From assembly GCF_000981785.2 (NCBI RefSeq), contig NZ_CP011304.1:3990001-4022000 (forward strand): a DNA stretch of 32,000 nt, written 5' to 3'. The notes beneath the pieces are model-generated. The model ran no database searches, was not told the DNA's origin, and saw nothing but the letters and a program-made list of their open reading frames with translations. How positions within the stretch are numbered: the stretch's first letter is position 1; each line of letters starts with the position of its first letter. This DNA is from Microcystis aeruginosa NIES-2549. GTDB taxonomy: Bacteria > Cyanobacteriota > Cyanobacteriia > Cyanobacteriales > Microcystaceae. The translations under genes and the position numbers were made by a program. Positions 27,337-32,000 of this stretch are shown piece by piece.

Positions 27337-28284
27337 ATGCCTAATCTCAAAGCGATTCGCGACCAAATTCAATCGGTCAAAAATACCAAAAAAATTACCG
27401 AGGCCATGCGTCTGGTGGCGGCCGCCAAAGTGCGTCGCGCCCAAGAACAAGTTCTCTGTACCCGTCCTTTTGCCGATGCCCTCGCTCAGGTACTCTATAA
27501 TCTGCAAGGTCGTTTAGCCTTTAGTGATGTTAATTTACCCCTACTGGCCCAACGGGAAGTAAAAACCGTGGCTCTGTTAGTAGTCACAGGCGATCGAGGT
27601 CTTTGTGGCGGTTATAATACTAACGTCATCCGTCGTGCCGAACAACGGATGAATGAATTAAAAGAGCAAGGGATTAACTATCAATTAGTTGTTGCCGGCC
27701 GAAAAGCAGCACAATATTTCGAGCGCCGCAATGCTCCCATTGCCGCTAAATTTATTAACCTCGAACAGATTCCCACTGCCGATGAAGCTGGTACTATTGG
27801 GGATGAATTGCTTTCCTTATTTTTATCGGAAACAGTCGATCGGGTCGAGTTAATTTATACTCGTTTTATCTCCCTGATCAGTTCCACTCCGGTGATTCAA
27901 ACCCTGTTACCTTTAACTACCCAAGGTTTAGCGGTACAGGATGACGAGATTTTCCGTTTAGTGACTAAAGAGGGAAAATTTAAGGTACAACGGGAAAAAA
28001 TGGCCAGCCAACCGGCGCAGGTTTTTCCCCAAGACATGATTTTTGAGCAGAATCCCGTCCAAATCCTCGATTCTCTCCTACCTTTGTACTTAAATAACCA
28101 ATTACTGCGCGCTCTCCAGGAATCGGCAGCGAGTGAATTAGCAGCCCGGATGACGGCGATGAGTAACGCCAGCGATAACGCCAGCGAGTTAATTGGCACT
28201 TTAAGCCGTACCTACAACAAAGCTCGTCAAGCCGCTATTACCCAAGAATTGTTAGAAGTAGTAGCGGGAGCCAATGCTCTCTAG
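27337..28284 (+). CDS. atpG: F0F1 ATP synthase subunit gamma (atpC in cyanobacterial nomenclature)
   Basis: The N-terminus [36 protein letters not shown] and the C-terminal [12 protein letters not shown] are present. Confidence 0.95.
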   Translation: MPNLKAIRDQIQSVKNTKKITEAMRLVAAAKVRRAQEQVLCTRPFADALAQVLYNLQGRLAFSDVNLPLLAQREVKTVALLVVTGDRGLCGGYNTNVIRRAEQRMNELKEQGINYQLVVAGRKAAQYFERRNAPIAAKFINLEQIPTADEAGTIGDELLSLFLSETVDRVELIYTRFISLISSTPVIQTLLPLTTQGLAVQDDEIFRLVTKEGKFKVQREKMASQPAQVFPQDMIFEQNPVQILDSLLPLYLNNQLLRALQESAASELAARMTAMSNASDNASELIGTLSRTYNKARQAAITQELLEVVAGANAL

Positions 28285-28315
28285 GTTTAAGCCAGTTTTT
28301 ATTCTGACTATCAGT

Positions 28316-28343
28316 AGGAGTGATTATTTTCACTCCTTTTTTT
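28316..28343 (+). terminator. Rho-independent terminator of the atp operon
   Basis: AGGAGTGA (28316-28323) pairs with TCACTCCT (28330-28337) across a 6-nt loop. TTTTTT follows at 28338-28343. Confidence 0.75.
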
Positions 28344-28527
28344 ATAGTAGCTGGCGTAAAATCCTACACCCTGCCCCAGGAAAAACTTTTTCGGCAAACC
28401 CGAATTAGCTTCAAATAGAGTCAGGGCAATCCCTTTTCTGATATTTTCTGGCCTCTTGAAAAGCCCCATCTCATCCTGTATTCTAAGTCAGCGGAAGAAC
28501 TATAAATGTCAATCGATTAAGCTAAAT

Positions 28528-28555
28528 CTTAAACTATAATCCTTAAACTATAATC
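28528..28555 (+). promoter_or_regulatory. Tandemly duplicated 14-nt unit, each carrying a TATAAT; candidate -10 elements for exbB
   Basis: CTTAAACTATAATC occurs twice (28528-28541 and 28542-55), giving TATAAT at 28535-28540 and 28549-28554. AGGAGG lies about 12 nt before the GTG at 28590. Confidence 0.35.
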
Positions 28556-28589
28556 ATTACCCGATCGCCCAGGAGGGACAAAACAACTC

Positions 28590-29267
28590 GTGAGTATAAC
28601 TGATTTAATCCAAAAAGGCGGAGTGGCCATGTGGCCGCTGCTTTTTCTGTCTATTTTAGCTCTTAGCACTATTATCGAACGAATTTGGTTTTGGAGTCGC
28701 ACCCTCCTCAGTGAAGGGCAGATTTTAAATCGCATTATGGAATCAGCTACGCGTAACTGGGATTTAGCGACTAAAGTAGCCCGGGATTCCCGTAATCATC
28801 CCATCGGTAGCTATCTTTATGCACCTCTTCGCTTAGAAAATCCAGATCCAGAGGTTTTTCACTTCGCCCTCGAGTCAGCTGCCGATGAACAATTATCGCT
28901 AATGAAACGGGGCGATAAAATCCTTGAGGCAGTCATCGCCCTTTCTCCCCTGTTAGGATTATTAGGAACGGTACTCGGTTTAATTACCTCTTTGGCTAAT
29001 ATTCAACTGAGTGACCTGGGAACGTCTTCCACGGCGGGAGTAACTTTAGGTATTAGTGAAGCTTTAATTTCCACCGCTACCGGACTAATCGTCGCTATTT
29101 TTAGCCTCGCTTTCTATCGTGTTTTTCAGGGACTTTGGTTCAATCAAGCCCGAATTTTTCGCAAGGCTGGCAGTGATTTAGAAATTATCTACCGTCAACG
29201 TTGGCTAGATGGAGAAGACCAACAATATTCCCTCAGTGCTAACCTAGAAAAACCTCTCGATCGCTAA
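28590..29267 (+). CDS. exbB: MotA/TolQ/ExbB proton-channel family protein
   Basis: Motifs [25 protein letters not shown] and [13 protein letters not shown] are present. The GTG start is preceded by an SD-like AGGAGG. Confidence 0.85.
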   Translation: MSITDLIQKGGVAMWPLLFLSILALSTIIERIWFWSRTLLSEGQILNRIMESATRNWDLATKVARDSRNHPIGSYLYAPLRLENPDPEVFHFALESAADEQLSLMKRGDKILEAVIALSPLLGLLGTVLGLITSLANIQLSDLGTSSTAGVTLGISEALISTATGLIVAIFSLAFYRVFQGLWFNQARIFRKAGSDLEIIYRQRWLDGEDQQYSLSANLEKPLDR

Positions 29268-29285
29268 ATCTCTCCCTAATCACCC

Positions 29286-29855
29286 ATGGCCGAAACTAAA
29301 TCTCTTAACCACAAAAAGCCAAAAAGTAGCCATATTACGGCTCGTCCGCTCAAATTATGGCATGATCAACACCGCATTCAAGAGGATGTGCAGGTTAATA
29401 TCATTCCCTTGATCGATGTAATTTTCTGTATTCTCACCTTCTTTATTCTCGGTGCAGTGGGATTGTCTCGCCAACAGGCCATCAGCCTCGATTTACCGAA
29501 AGCTAGTACCGCCACCACCCCGATGCGGGAAATGTTGGTGGTTAGTCTCGATGATTTCGGACAACTCTACGTCGAAAAACAGATGGTGACTCGCGCCCAG
29601 TTGTTCGAGGCGATTAAGAATTATCATCAATATAGTCCCAATGGACTGATGGTACTGAATGCTTCGCGTAATGCCAGTTACAACGAAGTGGTAGGGGTTT
29701 TAGACCTACTGCGACAGGTAGGCGGCGATCGCGTGGCTTTAGCGACTCTATCGGGGGAGGCTAACAATCCCACCCTGGAAAATAGCAATCCTTTGCCCAA
29801 TTTACCGACTAATCCCACCTTACCCGGGTTAACCAATCCTCTAGGCAGAAATTAA
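29286..29855 (+). CDS. exbD: ExbD/TolR biopolymer transport protein with N- and C-terminal extensions
   Basis: The TM motif is VNIIPLIDVIFCILTFFIL. At 189 aa the protein is longer than typical ExbD. The tail is Asn/Pro-rich (NNPTLENSNPLPNLPTNPTLPGLTNPLG). Confidence 0.85.
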   Translation: MAETKSLNHKKPKSSHITARPLKLWHDQHRIQEDVQVNIIPLIDVIFCILTFFILGAVGLSRQQAISLDLPKASTATTPMREMLVVSLDDFGQLYVEKQMVTRAQLFEAIKNYHQYSPNGLMVLNASRNASYNEVVGVLDLLRQVGGDRVALATLSGEANNPTLENSNPLPNLPTNPTLPGLTNPLGRN

Positions 29856-30206
29856 CTAGGAATGGATGCGATAGGTGAGTAATTGCTCTTCGAGAGCAGC
29901 AATGCGATTGTAAGCCGCCGTCAATTGTGCCGTTAATCGGCGAATTTGGATTTCATCGGAAAAAGAATTTTCTCCACTGACAGCCGGGGCCTGTTTGCCA
30001 CCGTGATCCCGGAGAATATCTTTATGATCGTAGAGACTATTATCGGATAACTCGGAAAAACCGACCATTTCCAGGGATTCTCGCGGAGAACGACTCGATT
30101 TATCCCCAGCTAGGATAGCAATTTGCCGGCTGAGGCTTTCGACAATATCCTGTAGGTGATCGACTTTCCGATCAAGACTGATAATCTGTTGTTGTAGTCC
30201 ATTCAT
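29856..30206 (-). CDS. Hypothetical coiled-coil protein
   Basis: The ORF is 116 aa with helical heptad-like ends (QQQIISLDRKVDHLQDIVESLSRQIAIL and IRRLTAQLTAAYNRIAALEEQLL). Its stop abuts the exbD stop with a 0-nt gap. Confidence 0.5.
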   Translation of the reverse strand: MNGLQQQIISLDRKVDHLQDIVESLSRQIAILAGDKSSRSPRESLEMVGFSELSDNSLYDHKDILRDHGGKQAPAVSGENSFSDEIQIRRLTAQLTAAYNRIAALEEQLLTYRIHS

Positions 30207-30417
30207 GCAATTACCTAGTAATTAAGGAGGTTTCCCCTCTATGCTAGGCTCTAGAAGAGATGGACTATAACAATTTATGATTGATTTAACGATCCCTTTA
30301 CTGCCCTTAACTCATCTTAATATATTGCCCCGGTCAACCGGCTGCCCGCGATAGCACTTCTATCAGGAATTAAGGTAAGCTGTTGAGCAGTAAGCCTCGA
30401 TTTTAAGGAACTAAATT

Positions 30418-30510
30418 ATGTTTAAAAATTGGTCTTTCGATGATTGGATGAATCATATCCTTTTTCTGGCTACAATTGTGGCTTTGCTGACGATTTGGCT
30501 GGGTAGATAA
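30418..30510 (+). CDS. Possible 30-aa single-TM peptide, below the ORF-track cutoff
   Basis: My hand translation is MFKNWSFDDWMNHILFLATIVALLTIWLGR with a TAA stop. AAGGA lies about 8 nt upstream of the ATG. There is no homology support. Confidence 0.25.
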   Translation: MFKNWSFDDWMNHILFLATIVALLTIWLGR

Positions 30511-30772
30511 TTAAAAACTATTTTTCTTTCCTTGCTTTACCGAAAATTTGGGGTTAAGGTTCCCCGTCCATTTTACGGCTCTCTTAGGTTTGGTGGGTAA
30601 AATGTACTCTAAGATACAGTCCTGCTGGCGAGGGAGTGGAACGAACCACAAAGGCACAAAGGACACAAAGATTGATCGCTCCTATATCAGTTAAACTGAT
30701 CACACAAAGAAGAAGAGAGCCATTTTACGGCAGGGAGTGTCAAAATAAGAAACAAAACCTTCAGCGATTAAT

Positions 30773-31966
30773 ATGACTGACTCAAGCCCAAAAATTTGTA
30801 TTCTCGGTGGTGGTTTTGGTGGACTCTATACTGCTTTACGTTTGAGTCAATTGCCTTGGCAAGATCAACACCCCCCCCAAATTACCTTAATTGATAAAAA
30901 CGATCGCTTTTTATTTTCTCCCCTTCTCTACGAATTAGTCACCTCAGAACTACAATCTTGGGAAATTGCTCCCCCTTTCAGCGAATTACTCGCTAATACC
31001 CCCGTTGACTTCCAACAGGGAACCGTCACGGCGATCGATGTTAATAATCATAAAATAACCCTTGACAATCAAAACGATATATGCTATGACCGCCTCGTCA
31101 TCGCCCTCGGTGGTCAATCTTCCCTTGACTTCCTACCCGGGGCCAGAACCCACGCTATCCCCTTTCGTAGTCTAGAGGATGCCTATCGTCTTCGGGATCG
31201 ACTCAAAACCCTAGAACAATCCGATCGCGATAAAATTCGGGTCGCCATTATCGGGGGCGGTTATAGCGGCGTAGAATTAGCCTGTAAGCTGGCCGATCGT
31301 CTCGGAGAAAGGGGAAGAATTCGTCTGATCGAAAGAAATAGCGATATACTTGGCCCTTCAACCCAATTTAACCGCGACACCGCCAAAAAAGCCCTAGAAA
31401 AACGTCTGGTTTGGTTAGACCTCGAAACCACCGTCGCCGACATCCAAGCGGATCGCCTCTCCCTTGACTACAAGGGACAGATAGACAATATCCCCGTTGA
31501 TCTAATTCTCTGGACCGTTAGTCCGATCGCCTCTCCACTGATCGCTAATTTGCCACTAGCACATAATGAGCGCAAATTACTAAAAGTTAATCAATATTTA
31601 CAAACTGTCGAAAACCCCAGCATCTACGCGATTGGCGATGCGGCCGATGGTCGCGACCAAGAGGATAAACCCTACGCTGCCACGGCCCAGGTCGCCCTTC
31701 AACAGTCCGACTACTGCGCTTGGAATATTTGGGCGAGTTTCCACGATAAACCGGCTTTGCCCTTCCGTTATCAACCTTTAGGCGAAATGTTGACCCTCGG
31801 AGTCGATGAAGCTACCATTAGCGGTTTAGGACTAGAATTAGCCGGTCCCCTTGCCCATCTTACCCGTCGCTTAGTCTATCTCTACCGTCTGCCCACCCTT
31901 AACCATCAAATCGCCGTAGCATTCAACTGGATTACCCAACCCCTTCTATCCCTCATTTCTGAGTAG
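30773..31966 (+). CDS. Type II NAD(P)H dehydrogenase (NDH-2, possibly NdbC-type)
   Basis: Two dinucleotide-binding motifs (ICILGGGFGGLYTA and VAIIGGGYSGVELA) and AIGDAA are present. The length is 397 aa. Confidence 0.85.
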   Translation: MTDSSPKICILGGGFGGLYTALRLSQLPWQDQHPPQITLIDKNDRFLFSPLLYELVTSELQSWEIAPPFSELLANTPVDFQQGTVTAIDVNNHKITLDNQNDICYDRLVIALGGQSSLDFLPGARTHAIPFRSLEDAYRLRDRLKTLEQSDRDKIRVAIIGGGYSGVELACKLADRLGERGRIRLIERNSDILGPSTQFNRDTAKKALEKRLVWLDLETTVADIQADRLSLDYKGQIDNIPVDLILWTVSPIASPLIANLPLAHNERKLLKVNQYLQTVENPSIYAIGDAADGRDQEDKPYAATAQVALQQSDYCAWNIWASFHDKPALPFRYQPLGEMLTLGVDEATISGLGLELAGPLAHLTRRLVYLYRLPTLNHQIAVAFNWITQPLLSLISE

Positions 31967-32000
31967 CGAGTTCAGATATTCCTCCACTAACAAACTATCT

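Noticed and set aside
27268-27507. Minus-strand ORF ([14 protein letters not shown]...), and similarly 20307-20555 on the plus strand
   Set aside because: Both are open only because the heptamer arrays lack stop codons in that frame. Both also overlap well-supported genes (the gamma subunit gene and nadK).
28590-29855. ExbB/ExbD considered as a Zorya-like or other MotAB-driven defence module
   Set aside because: Both proteins are ordinary ExbB/ExbD size with canonical motifs. No large ZorA-type tail and no associated nuclease or helicase genes are adjacent.

Overview
This 32 kb window looks like cyanobacterial core chromosome. I saw at least a dozen HIP1 octamers (GCGATCGC). The gene content is cyanobacterial: YGGT/Ycf19, a Ycf39-like protein, DUF2811, and an atp1-type operon carrying both b and b' subunits but lacking beta and epsilon. 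The repeat style and roughly 40-45% GC remind me of Microcystis, but I cannot verify that here.

About 90% of the window codes for housekeeping functions:
- gshA-type glutamate-cysteine ligase, fumC, pth, map, thioredoxin, coaD, folP
- LD-carboxypeptidase, nadK, a Kv-type K+ channel
- the eight-gene ATP synthase operon atpI-B-E-F'-F-H-A-G (21901-28284)
- exbB-exbD and a type II NADH dehydrogenase

I do not see a convincing multi-gene defence or biosynthetic island. Four things are not explained by ordinary annotation:
1. Two Rpn/PD-(D/E)XK nuclease-like genes sit head to tail (15586-17544). They differ mainly by an in-frame 12-nt tandem repeat that encodes (GIEQ)6 in one copy and ten GIEQ-type units in the other.
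2. A family of hairpin-forming intergenic elements is built from 7-nt units, with a CAGTTAT-type left arm and a CTGATAA-type right arm. It has at least six copies in the window. Four lie in or next to the atp operon, two supply the stop codon of the upstream gene, and one abuts the start codon of the gamma subunit gene.
3. Strong hairpins bracket the c-subunit gene inside the atp operon.
4. An AT-richer orphan ORF (12642-13439) is bracketed by the heptamer arrays.

All product calls rest on motifs I recognised by eye. No searches were run.
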